From NCBI GenBank assembly GCA_040767085.1, contig JAXGPF010000019.1, positions 1 to 49,604 of the forward strand: DNA of 49,604 nucleotides, read 5' to 3'. The translations under genes and the position numbers were made by a program. Source of the DNA: Kiritimatiellia bacterium. GTDB taxonomy: Bacteria > Verrucomicrobiota > Kiritimatiellia > JAAZAB01. Shown here one piece after another: positions 36,236 through 44,690 of this stretch; within the stretch, counting starts at the first letter, position 1; each line of letters opens with the position of its first letter. The notes under the pieces are model-generated. The model was not told where the DNA came from, made no database searches, and saw only the letters and a list, made by a program, of their open reading frames with translations.

Positions 36236-39172
36236 CTATGGGACAGCCGCCGCACCGGCGGCTGATGCGACGGCGGCGGTGCCGCCCGCCGGGGCGGCGG
36301 GTGTGCCGGCGCCATTGTCCTTGTTGATCTTATTGCCGGCGGGGTCCACCAGATTGGCAGTCACGAAAATCAGCAGGTTGCGCTTCACGCTGCGATCGGT
36401 CTTGCTCCGGAACAGGTATCCCAGCAGGGGGATATCGCCCAGGAACGGCACCTTGTCCTCGGTGGTTTCCTGGGTTTCCGTGATCAAGCCGCCCATAACC
36501 ACTGTCTGGCCGTCCCAGATGGATATACTGGTGGTGATCGTGCGGCTGTGGAAAATCGGCTGCTGCAAATCCATGTCCACCAGGTCGCCGCGTCCGTCGG
36601 ATATCTTCGATCCGTAATTGATCCACTCGTACAATTCCGTCACCTGGGGCAGCATGATCAGGTCAATCGTGTAATTATCCGGCCCGACAGTGGGCGTGAC
36701 ATTCAGGATCACGCCCAAATCGCGTTCTTCGAAACCGGTGGGCGTAACGAAAGCGGGGCTGAAACTCTGCGCGCCGGTGGTGCCCAGGGTTTGGGCGGGG
36801 GTGATCTCGTAATCGGTGGGATAGATCAACTCGCGCACCACCTTGAACTCGGCGTTTGAACCGGTGCGGGTGGTAACCTTGGGCGCCGAAAGCAGGTTGG
36901 AGCCGCTGCGCTGTTCCAAGGCATGCAGGATCATCGTCAATTGCGGGCTGGTTAACACGCTGGATATGGAAAGGATGCCGGACGCCGCGCCGCCGGGTGA
37001 GGCAACGATGGAATCGCCTACCCCGCCCAGGTAGCGCAACCCCTTGGTCATGTCGTTCTTGTTCATCTGGATGCGTTCGCGGGCGCTGGGCGGCAGGGAC
37101 GATTGCGAAGCATTCTGGGCGATGATCCAGTTATCGTTCAACAACCACTCGATGCCCAGTTCCTCCAGGTCCGTCTGCTGCACCTCGACGAAACGCGCCT
37201 CGATTTCGACCTGGATCGGCACGACGTTGAGCATATTCAGGATGCGTTCGAATTTTTCAAGATTTTCCCCGGTATTCGACACAATCATCAAGTTCAGGCT
37301 GGGCTTGTAAACGATCGCCGTCCCCTCCGGGAAAGGCACGCCGGCTTCGACAAAAAACTGCTTGATGTCGCCGGAACCGCCGGCCGCCGGGCCGCCCGCC
37401 GGAGCGCCCAGGTCAAACAGTCCGCCGCCTCCGCCCGCGGCCGGCGCGGCGGAAAGGATATGCTCACTGATGACGCCAGGCTGGATTTTATACGTGCGGG
37501 TAATAACATCCCCCACCACGACATCCACGGGAGTAATCACCAACACATCGTTCTCCACGCGGTATTTCAAACCGGTCATTTCCGTAATGAACTTGATGGC
37601 ATCCAGCAAATACACATTGCGCAAGGTCAGGGTGACGGTCGGCACGCCGGCCGCGGCGCCGGCCGCGGGCTCCGCGGTCATGGCAAAGGGATCGGCTTGA
37701 GCGGCGGGCGCGGCGGTCGTGACGGCCGCGCCGGGGCGCTGCAGGTTCAAGACAATATTCACACCGCGTTCGCTTTCCGGAGATTCCTTGTCCGCCGCCT
37801 GCGCCTGCTGGTCAATGTAGTTGATCACGTCGTGAATATTCGCCGCGCGGAAATCCAACTGGGGAATCACGATGCTGTTCAATTTTTCCAGCAGGCGCCG
37901 GCTGCCGGGTCTGACGGCGCCGATGGCCGCGTCCGGTTCGCCGCGCTGGGCGACCGTGCGCTTGACGGGGGGCGTCCAGGTATCGCGCACCTGGGCAACC
38001 ATTTCCGAATGAAACCGGTTCATCTGCTCGGTTTCCTTGCGGAAACGCCGGTCGGCCAGACGCTTCAACTGGGCGGCGGCGTCAGAATTCAGCGGCTCGG
38101 CCTGGAGCACTCTTTGAAATTCTTCATACGCCTTTTCAAACTCGTTGACGGACATGTACTGGTTGCCGCGTTCCAGAGCCCCCTGGATGTCTTTCGCCTT
38201 GGCCTGGTATTCCGGCGTTTTCCGCACATGCACGGGCCGGGCGGCCATTTCCTGGCGCCGGACCTCGTCTTCGCGGATCCGCTCAATCATGCGCATGGCC
38301 TTGGCATGGCCGGGATAATACCCCAGGGCGCGGCGCAAGGCGTTGCGTGCTTCGGCAAGGTTGTTATCGCGGTAATAATTCAAGGCCAGACGGTATTCGC
38401 ATTCGGCCTGGTCCACCCGGATCTGGTTGCGGATTTCGACAGTATGGGGGCGCTTGGGCATCAGTTCCAGCGCCTGGCTGTAGGATTTCAATGCCGCTTC
38501 GAACTCGTTGCGCGCCATGGCCGCCTGGCCCTGGTTGAAATTCTGCAGGCCTTCAACTTCCAAAGCCTGGCGGCGCACCTCTTCCTGGGCCGCCAGCAAG
38601 GCTTCCGGCGTCAACGGCGCGGTCGGGACGGGGGGCACAGCGGCAGCATCGGCGGGATACGCGGGCGCGGCTGGCGCGGTTTCCACCGCTGCCGGCGCGG
38701 GAGCCGGGGCGGCTCCGCCAAACCAACGCTGCCAGAACCATGGTTTGTGTTCGCTGGCAGACGGCGCTTCCGCGACAGGCGGTTCCACCGCCTGGGCTGG
38801 AGCGGCGGACGGGGCGCTGGCGTCCAAGGTGCGGTCAATTTCAAACTCGGCTGCCGGGGTGGCGGCTGGCGCTGGCGCAGGTTCCGCCGGCACAACCGGT
38901 TCTGTAACGGGCGCGGCGGTCTCCAGCGGCGCTGGAGCGGGCATGGCTGCTTCCGGGGCGGCCTCCGGCGCCGGAGCGGCAATTACAGGCGGCTCCGCGG
39001 GCGCGGGTTCCGCCGGCGGCGGCGCGCCCGATTCCGGGCCGGACACCTCATAAGGTCCGGACGCCGGCACGGCGGATTCCGGACCATTTTCCTGGGCCCA
39101 AGTGTTTTGGATGCAAGCCAAAAAACCCAAGCTTAACCATAAAGCCAGAAAGCGAACATAGTTCATTTGCAT
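36236..39172 (-). CDS. Secretin (PilQ/GspD family, Amuc_1098-like) with Pro/Ala linker and TPRs
   Basis: QVEIEARFVEV, LSAPKVTT, GVILNVTPTV, DGQTVVMGGL, DKVPFLGDIPLLGYLFRS, NLLIFVTA. Confidence 0.9.
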   Translation of the reverse strand: MQMNYVRFLALWLSLGFLACIQNTWAQENGPESAVPASGPYEVSGPESGAPPPAEPAPAEPPVIAAPAPEAAPEAAMPAPAPLETAAPVTEPVVPAEPAPAPAATPAAEFEIDRTLDASAPSAAPAQAVEPPVAEAPSASEHKPWFWQRWFGGAAPAPAPAAVETAPAAPAYPADAAAVPPVPTAPLTPEALLAAQEEVRRQALEVEGLQNFNQGQAAMARNEFEAALKSYSQALELMPKRPHTVEIRNQIRVDQAECEYRLALNYYRDNNLAEARNALRRALGYYPGHAKAMRMIERIREDEVRRQEMAARPVHVRKTPEYQAKAKDIQGALERGNQYMSVNEFEKAYEEFQRVLQAEPLNSDAAAQLKRLADRRFRKETEQMNRFHSEMVAQVRDTWTPPVKRTVAQRGEPDAAIGAVRPGSRRLLEKLNSIVIPQLDFRAANIHDVINYIDQQAQAADKESPESERGVNIVLNLQRPGAAVTTAAPAAQADPFAMTAEPAAGAAAGVPTVTLTLRNVYLLDAIKFITEMTGLKYRVENDVLVITPVDVVVGDVITRTYKIQPGVISEHILSAAPAAGGGGGLFDLGAPAGGPAAGGSGDIKQFFVEAGVPFPEGTAIVYKPSLNLMIVSNTGENLEKFERILNMLNVVPIQVEIEARFVEVQQTDLEELGIEWLLNDNWIIAQNASQSSLPPSARERIQMNKNDMTKGLRYLGGVGDSIVASPGGAASGILSISSVLTSPQLTMILHALEQRSGSNLLSAPKVTTRTGSNAEFKVVRELIYPTDYEITPAQTLGTTGAQSFSPAFVTPTGFEERDLGVILNVTPTVGPDNYTIDLIMLPQVTELYEWINYGSKISDGRGDLVDMDLQQPIFHSRTITTSISIWDGQTVVMGGLITETQETTEDKVPFLGDIPLLGYLFRSKTDRSVKRNLLIFVTANLVDPAGNKINKDNGAGTPAAPAGGTAAVASAAGAAAVP

Positions 39173-39182
39173 GAATCTTTCG

Positions 39183-40202
39183 TCACAATTTGATCCGGTT
39201 TTCTTCACCGGACATTTCATTTAATACTACAATGGCATCCTCCTGGATGTCAATTACTTTGTAGTCCACATTTTTCAACGTAAACTTCGAGCCTGCCCGC
39301 AGCCGCAATTCGGAATTATCGAACTGGTTGGAAGCCAGGGCCATCAGTTCGCCCTGCCCCATGCCGCGCCCCAGCACCAGCGGCACCTCGCGTCCGTCTT
39401 TCCGCAGACGCAGGATGGATTGATCTTGATTGATTTTCAGGTTGCCGCGCAGCACGGGCACAATACGGGAGTCAAAACCGGCCACCTCGTAGCCTTCGAC
39501 GCTGTTGCCGAGGCGCACGTAATAATCCCGATGGGTGCGGTTATTGCGCACGGTAAACATGACATCATTCGTAGTCAGCCGCTGCACGCCCTGGAAGCTG
39601 AGCGGCATCGGCATGCGGCCAATGCGCAGCAGTTTGAACTTCGTCAGGGGCGAAGGAAATGACTGCGGAGATTTCGGGTCGGTTTTATGAGAATATTCCT
39701 CGAGATTGGTAAAGCCGTCGGCGTCCAGGTCCAGGCCGGCGTCATCCAGCAGCGGGTTGAGCCCGTATTGCTTCTCCCATTCATCCGGTATCCCATCGCC
39801 ATCGCTGTCCTTGTCGGCCTGCGCCTGGAGGATTGCCGGCTGCTCGGCGCCGCAATTCCGGTAGGGGCAAACCGTCGCGGTGAATGGAATCGGCCGCTGG
39901 CATTGCACGCAGGCGGTGCGGACTTCCGCGACCAGCATGCGCGCGGCGCGCGGCGCGGCTTGATAGGGCTGCGCCACATCCTCAATGGCATCGTGCAGTG
40001 CGCGTAAATCCATGGGCGCAACCTGCTTGCCGGCCACCACCGGCTGTTCCCAGCGCGCTTCGGCCAGTTCGCGTTTCTCGCGTTCCAGGAAAATCAGCAG
40101 CAGCACCACTGAAACCAGCAGGCCCGACAGGACCAGGAACAACGCCAGCTTGTCATAGGCCGCCCTGACCCATTCTTTGAAATTTTTCAAGTCCAAATTC
40201 AT
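39183..40202 (-). CDS. Pilus-system protein, Amuc_1099-like, with Ca-binding DxDxDG repeats
   Basis: YDKL plus TM anchor, CxxC..C zinc ribbon, DSDGDGIPDEWE, DADGFTNLEEY; position in the cluster. Confidence 0.7.
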   Translation of the reverse strand: MNLDLKNFKEWVRAAYDKLALFLVLSGLLVSVVLLLIFLEREKRELAEARWEQPVVAGKQVAPMDLRALHDAIEDVAQPYQAAPRAARMLVAEVRTACVQCQRPIPFTATVCPYRNCGAEQPAILQAQADKDSDGDGIPDEWEKQYGLNPLLDDAGLDLDADGFTNLEEYSHKTDPKSPQSFPSPLTKFKLLRIGRMPMPLSFQGVQRLTTNDVMFTVRNNRTHRDYYVRLGNSVEGYEVAGFDSRIVPVLRGNLKINQDQSILRLRKDGREVPLVLGRGMGQGELMALASNQFDNSELRLRAGSKFTLKNVDYKVIDIQEDAIVVLNEMSGEENRIKL

Positions 40203-40248
40203 AAGTTCACGCTGCCGCGCGCCCGGCAACCCGCCCGGCCAAGTTCCG

Positions 40249-41184
40249 TCATTCCTGGCCGGCTTCCGCCACCGGCAACGACGGCGCAAATTCATACACA
40301 TCCACTACAACGCGCGCCACTACATCTTCCCGTCCGATGACCACCGGCCGCTCGTGCGGGTCGGCCGGCGGCGGCGCGTCCGGCTTGACCGTCCCGCCGG
40401 CCGGCGCCTGCTCTTTTTGCAGCATCGGACGGGAATTTTTCAAGTCCACGGAAGTGATCACGGTGAACATCGGCAAGGCCGACACCTGGTTCAAAAATTC
40501 CATGATGGCCGGCTCGCTGCCGCGCAGCGTCAGGATGAATTGCTGGCTTTTGAATAAAGCGCCGTTTTCTTCACTGTCAGACAAGTCCGCGTCCGCCGCG
40601 CTCCCGCGGCCGCGGCGGCCGCCGGCAGTTTCCGCCGCAACCGGCGCCTCAAATTCATCGCGGGTCAAATCCTGCAACTCGGTGATGCGCGATTGCGTAA
40701 CGGCCGCGCACAACGTTTCCGTGATCTGGAGCTGCTGCACCAGGCGCGGGATATCCCGGGAAGCCGGCATCTGCCCGCCGGCATACTTGGCGAAGCCGAA
40801 AGTGAAATCCTTGGGCAACGTCACGCGGTTCGCGGCAAAATCCGCCCGCAAACGCCGCAAGGTGTTTTCCAGCAGGGGAATGAAATCCGAATCGCCCATC
40901 GGGCGCGGCAGCGCCTGCCCTTCCCGCAGGCGGTCGTTCAATTCGTTGTAATTATCCAGCAATTCGTTGTAATTTTCAGCGGCCAGGGCGACGTTCTCCG
41001 GCGAAGGAAACGGATCCCGGTTATTCAACTGGGCCAGGCGGGCGGAGACCGCCTGCAGGTTGCGCTTGGCGGCGCTGAACTCGCCGACCGCGGCCGCCAA
41101 ACGCCAGGCCGCCGCCAGCAACAGCAGCAGCATGACCGCCGCCGCCGCCAGGAGCCATTTATGTTTTACGAGCAACGCTTTCAT
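40249..41184 (-). CDS. PilO-like protein, Amuc_1100-like
   Basis: N-terminal TM, PFPSPEN, FTFGFAKY, F.LTLRG...EFLN; lies between PilMN and the secretin. Confidence 0.7.
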   Translation of the reverse strand: MKALLVKHKWLLAAAAVMLLLLLAAAWRLAAAVGEFSAAKRNLQAVSARLAQLNNRDPFPSPENVALAAENYNELLDNYNELNDRLREGQALPRPMGDSDFIPLLENTLRRLRADFAANRVTLPKDFTFGFAKYAGGQMPASRDIPRLVQQLQITETLCAAVTQSRITELQDLTRDEFEAPVAAETAGGRRGRGSAADADLSDSEENGALFKSQQFILTLRGSEPAIMEFLNQVSALPMFTVITSVDLKNSRPMLQKEQAPAGGTVKPDAPPPADPHERPVVIGREDVVARVVVDVYEFAPSLPVAEAGQE

Positions 41185-42914
41185 AACGGCTCCCGCAGGA
41201 CTACTTTCATGCTGAATTCACGCACGGCATCGTTTTGATTCGGAATCGGCTGGCGTTCGATCTGCGTCTGGTCGTCAAATTCCGGGCGGGCGCGTAGATT
41301 ATCGCGGAACTGGGCGATGGACTTGTCCGTAGCCTTATCGGCGAAAATCAATCCCTTCACCATGATGGCCGGCAGGCCGGGAACGCGGTCCTCGTTTTCC
41401 GGGCGGGCAGGTTCGCCGCGGCGGCCGCGGCGGCCGCTTTCGGCCGGCGCCGCGGCATCCGCCAGCGGAGCCACTTCCACCAGCCACATGCCATCCAGCA
41501 AACTCGCATGCAGACTGTCCAGTAAATGCAGCCAGCGGGCGCGGCGCTGCACCAAACTTTCCAGGACCGCGCTGCGTTCCCGCAAGTCCGCCACCCGCGC
41601 TTCGACCGGTTTCAGCCGGGCTTCCACCGACTCCAGCCGGCTGACGACCGCGCGGATTTTTTCCATCCGGGCTTCCAGTTTTTCCGCCATGACGGCGAAA
41701 TACAGCCACCAGCAACCCACGATCAGCACCAGGCTGGCGGCGGCGGTGAACAGCAGGGGCAATTTGCGGCGGAAAGCCCTGGCGGCGGCGATTTTCGGCG
41801 GCAGCAGGTTGATTTCCAGCGGGCAGGGCAGCATATGGCGCAACCCCACCCCCACCACTTCGCCCATCACATGGGCGCTGGCGGCAATCTCCTCCGAGGA
41901 AATCGCGTTGTTGACAATCACATTGCGGAACGGATTGAGATACTCGACCTCGGCCTTCAGCTTTTCTTTGAAAAACTCATCCATGCGGGCGATGATGGAA
42001 GTGCCGCCGGCCAGCAACACCCGAACGGGCGCGTGCCCTTCCTGCTGGGTGCGGTAAAAATTAATCGTGCGCTCGACCTCGACATGCAGCCGGGTCATCA
42101 CGCTGCGGACGGTCTTGGATACCCGCGAGATCACCTTGTCGGCATAATCTTCGTAAGCGCCGCCGAAAGCCACGGTGGCATGGGTGCGCTTGAGTTCCTC
42201 GGCATCCTTGAAGGGCAGGTTGAATTCCTTCATCAACTGCTGGGTGATGACATTGCCCGTGCCCATGATCGGCAGGTTGCGGCTGAAGAAGCGCCCTTCC
42301 TCCACAAACACCAGGTTGGTGGAGCGGGCGCCGATGTCAATCACCAGGATACAACCTTCCACGTCCACGTAATTATAGCGGACGGTGTTATAAAGGGCCA
42401 TGGGCGCCACATCCACCAACTCCACCTCCAGCCCCACGGCTTCAACGCAATCGGTGATCGCAGCCACTAATTCCGTCTTGATAGCCACCAGCATGACATT
42501 CAATTCATGCTGGGAAGTGCCCATCAACTGGTAATCCCAGACCACCTCGTTAATGGGGAACGGAACATTCTGCTGGGCTTCGAACTGGATGGTGCGATAG
42601 AGTTTGCTGCGCTTCACCGGCGGCAATTTCACCAGGCGCAGGAAGGCCGACTGCCCCGTCACCGAAAGGACCACGGGGGCTGGGCGCAGTTTTTTCGATT
42701 TGATCAAATCCTGCAGGGCGCCGATAATCGCCAGGGAAGGATCGGCATCGCTGCCCGGCTCGATCGCCATGGGCTGCATGGCCAGGTGGGTTAATTCCCA
42801 CCCCCCGCGCCCGCGGGTAAACTCGGCGACCTTCAACTCCCCGGCGCCGATGTCCATTGCCAGGACACGGCCGGACCGCCACAGATTCATGAGTTTGGAA
42901 GCGCCGTAACCCAT
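41181..42914 (-). CDS. pilM: Type IV pilus assembly protein PilM fused to a PilN-like domain (Amuc_1101-like)
   Basis: MDIGAGELKVAE, FEAQQNVPFPINEVVWDY, VIDIGARSTN, LAGG, EINLLP followed by a TM and coiled coil. Confidence 0.88.
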   Translation of the reverse strand: MGYGASKLMNLWRSGRVLAMDIGAGELKVAEFTRGRGGWELTHLAMQPMAIEPGSDADPSLAIIGALQDLIKSKKLRPAPVVLSVTGQSAFLRLVKLPPVKRSKLYRTIQFEAQQNVPFPINEVVWDYQLMGTSQHELNVMLVAIKTELVAAITDCVEAVGLEVELVDVAPMALYNTVRYNYVDVEGCILVIDIGARSTNLVFVEEGRFFSRNLPIMGTGNVITQQLMKEFNLPFKDAEELKRTHATVAFGGAYEDYADKVISRVSKTVRSVMTRLHVEVERTINFYRTQQEGHAPVRVLLAGGTSIIARMDEFFKEKLKAEVEYLNPFRNVIVNNAISSEEIAASAHVMGEVVGVGLRHMLPCPLEINLLPPKIAAARAFRRKLPLLFTAAASLVLIVGCWWLYFAVMAEKLEARMEKIRAVVSRLESVEARLKPVEARVADLRERSAVLESLVQRRARWLHLLDSLHASLLDGMWLVEVAPLADAAAPAESGRRGRRGEPARPENEDRVPGLPAIMVKGLIFADKATDKSIAQFRDNLRARPEFDDQTQIERQPIPNQNDAVREFSMKVVLREPL

Positions 42915-42935
42915 AAGCTTGCCCGTCCTATACGC

Positions 42936-43598
42936 TTATCTTCCCTTGATGGTCTCGTAATTGTCCCAGGCCACGAAGGAAAACGGCGTTTGGGAGCGGT
43001 TTAACAGCATACCCGGCATGGTGCGCACGTTGGTCATCGGCAGCCGCCACCACTGGGCCGGGACTTCCGGCAGGCCGGCGGAAGACAGGAGTTCGCCCTT
43101 GGAATAAATTTCCACCGCGATGCGTTCCAGCGCGCCGTAACGCTCGATGGTGTTGGGGCGCAGGAAAACTGTGCTCATGTGATTGCGGCCTTTGGCGATG
43201 TCCACGTACGCAACGGTGCAGGGAAACAGTGTGAAAGCGCCGGTCTTGGGGTGCTTCACCACCGCCGTGTAACGAAATTCCAATTCGTCAATCCATTCCG
43301 ATTCCGTGTCGTAAACCACGGTGATTTTAGCCCAATCCCGCGCCCGGCTGTTTTCGGAGGGGCTGACGGAATAATCCGGCGTCGGCGCCTTGCCTTCCGG
43401 GCCCAGGCCGGTCAACTTGCGGATCACGACGACATCCTTGCCGGTCTCCGCCGCGGCCGCGGCCACCGCCGCCCGGCCCACCGGGCGCTGCGCCCAGAGA
43501 TCGCCGCCGATTAATCCTGCCGCCATTGCAAAAACAACCGCTGACCATGCCTGTCTGCGCGCTGATTTCATTTGCTCAACCCTCCATGCAAGACCCAC
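42936..43598 (-). CDS. Secreted pilus-cluster protein, Amuc_1102-like
   Basis: Signal peptide, TPDY, WIDELEFRY, WW, LLNRSQTPF..V.WDNYE; start may be 43571. Confidence 0.65.
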   Translation of the reverse strand: MGLAWRVEQMKSARRQAWSAVVFAMAAGLIGGDLWAQRPVGRAAVAAAAAETGKDVVVIRKLTGLGPEGKAPTPDYSVSPSENSRARDWAKITVVYDTESEWIDELEFRYTAVVKHPKTGAFTLFPCTVAYVDIAKGRNHMSTVFLRPNTIERYGALERIAVEIYSKGELLSSAGLPEVPAQWWRLPMTNVRTMPGMLLNRSQTPFSFVAWDNYETIKGR

Positions 43599-43649
43599 AT
43601 CAATGAACGGGCAATTTAGCCGTCAGAACCTGATTTGTCAAAACAAAAT

Positions 43650-44264
43650 TTACCGATTTTCACTCTGCCGTAACCGGGCTAATCCCGCCGCCAGGACCGG
43701 ACGCGCCTGGTCCGCCTGGCCTTGCCAAACCCGCGCCTGCTCCTGCAACGCGAACTCCTTCTGGTCGGTGCGCTGGCGATTGAACCGCGTGCCGCCCAAT
43801 CCCTCAAAACGGCCGGCCTGAATCGAGGCCACCGCCGCCTCGCATTGGCCGCGGATTTTCAGCAGCTCACGGAGTTGCCAGCACAGGTTCTGTCCATACT
43901 GCGCCAGTTGCGGATTGTCGCGTCCCGCCGCCAGACGCCGCTCCAACCCGCGCAAATCCGCCTGCAATGCCGCCGCGGATGGCCCATCCTCTATGGGCGT
44001 CAGGGCCTGGTCCATCAAACCGCTGAACGCATCCGCGTACCCGGGGGATGCCGCCACCGTGGACGCCGGGGACGGAACATCCCGGAAATAAAAATAATAG
44101 CCCGCATAAACCAGGGCGCCCAATGCCAGCAAAAGCCAGATGGCGTTGAACTGCCGCGGGGGCTGCCGGCGGTTCAGCCGGCCCGGCTGCCCGGCACGGC
44201 TCCCTGCCCCCCCGGCCTGAGCGCCCGGCACACCCGCCGCAAATAATATGGCATTGGCGGTCAT
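43650..44264 (-). CDS. Hypothetical membrane-anchored helical protein
   Basis: One TM segment (IWLLLALGALVYAGYYFYF) followed by helical sequence; co-oriented with the cluster. Confidence 0.55.
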   Translation of the reverse strand: MTANAILFAAGVPGAQAGGAGSRAGQPGRLNRRQPPRQFNAIWLLLALGALVYAGYYFYFRDVPSPASTVAASPGYADAFSGLMDQALTPIEDGPSAAALQADLRGLERRLAAGRDNPQLAQYGQNLCWQLRELLKIRGQCEAAVASIQAGRFEGLGGTRFNRQRTDQKEFALQEQARVWQGQADQARPVLAAGLARLRQSENR

Positions 44265-44303
44265 GGTTAAGACACAGACGCTTGAATGGTTGCTTCACAC
44301 ATC

Positions 44304-44637
44304 CCTGAATCCGTGACGGGATTTTATGTTGTCAAGATAATGTGCGTACAAACAACAATTTATCCTATATTCGGCATTTGAAATTCAGGAAACGGAATAA
44401 AATGTTGAAAACAAGAACATTAGGCTTGAATAACCCTGCACCCATTGGGTGTAAAAAAAGTTTCCTGAATTTCAAACCCGGAAGGGGTTGGCGATTTTAC
44501 TACATCTGCTTTGTTGCGAAGGATTCGCAGTATATGTATACAGCGTCATCCTTCGCGCCGCGCATCTGCGGCAAACTTGCCAACTGCCGGATATAGGTTT
44601 ATGGCATTTTAAAATATCACATCATCACGGATTCAGG
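44304..44637. mobile_element. MITE (334 bp) with IS1380-type terminal inverted repeats
   Basis: cctgaatccgtga ... tcacggattcagg is a perfect 13-bp TIR identical to the IS1380 right end. AT-rich, non-coding, with internal inverted repeats. Confidence 0.8.
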
Positions 44638-44690
44638 GTCTCCCACTTGGCGTCTTGCCTTGCCCTGCGAAACCAGCAACATTTTCCCGC

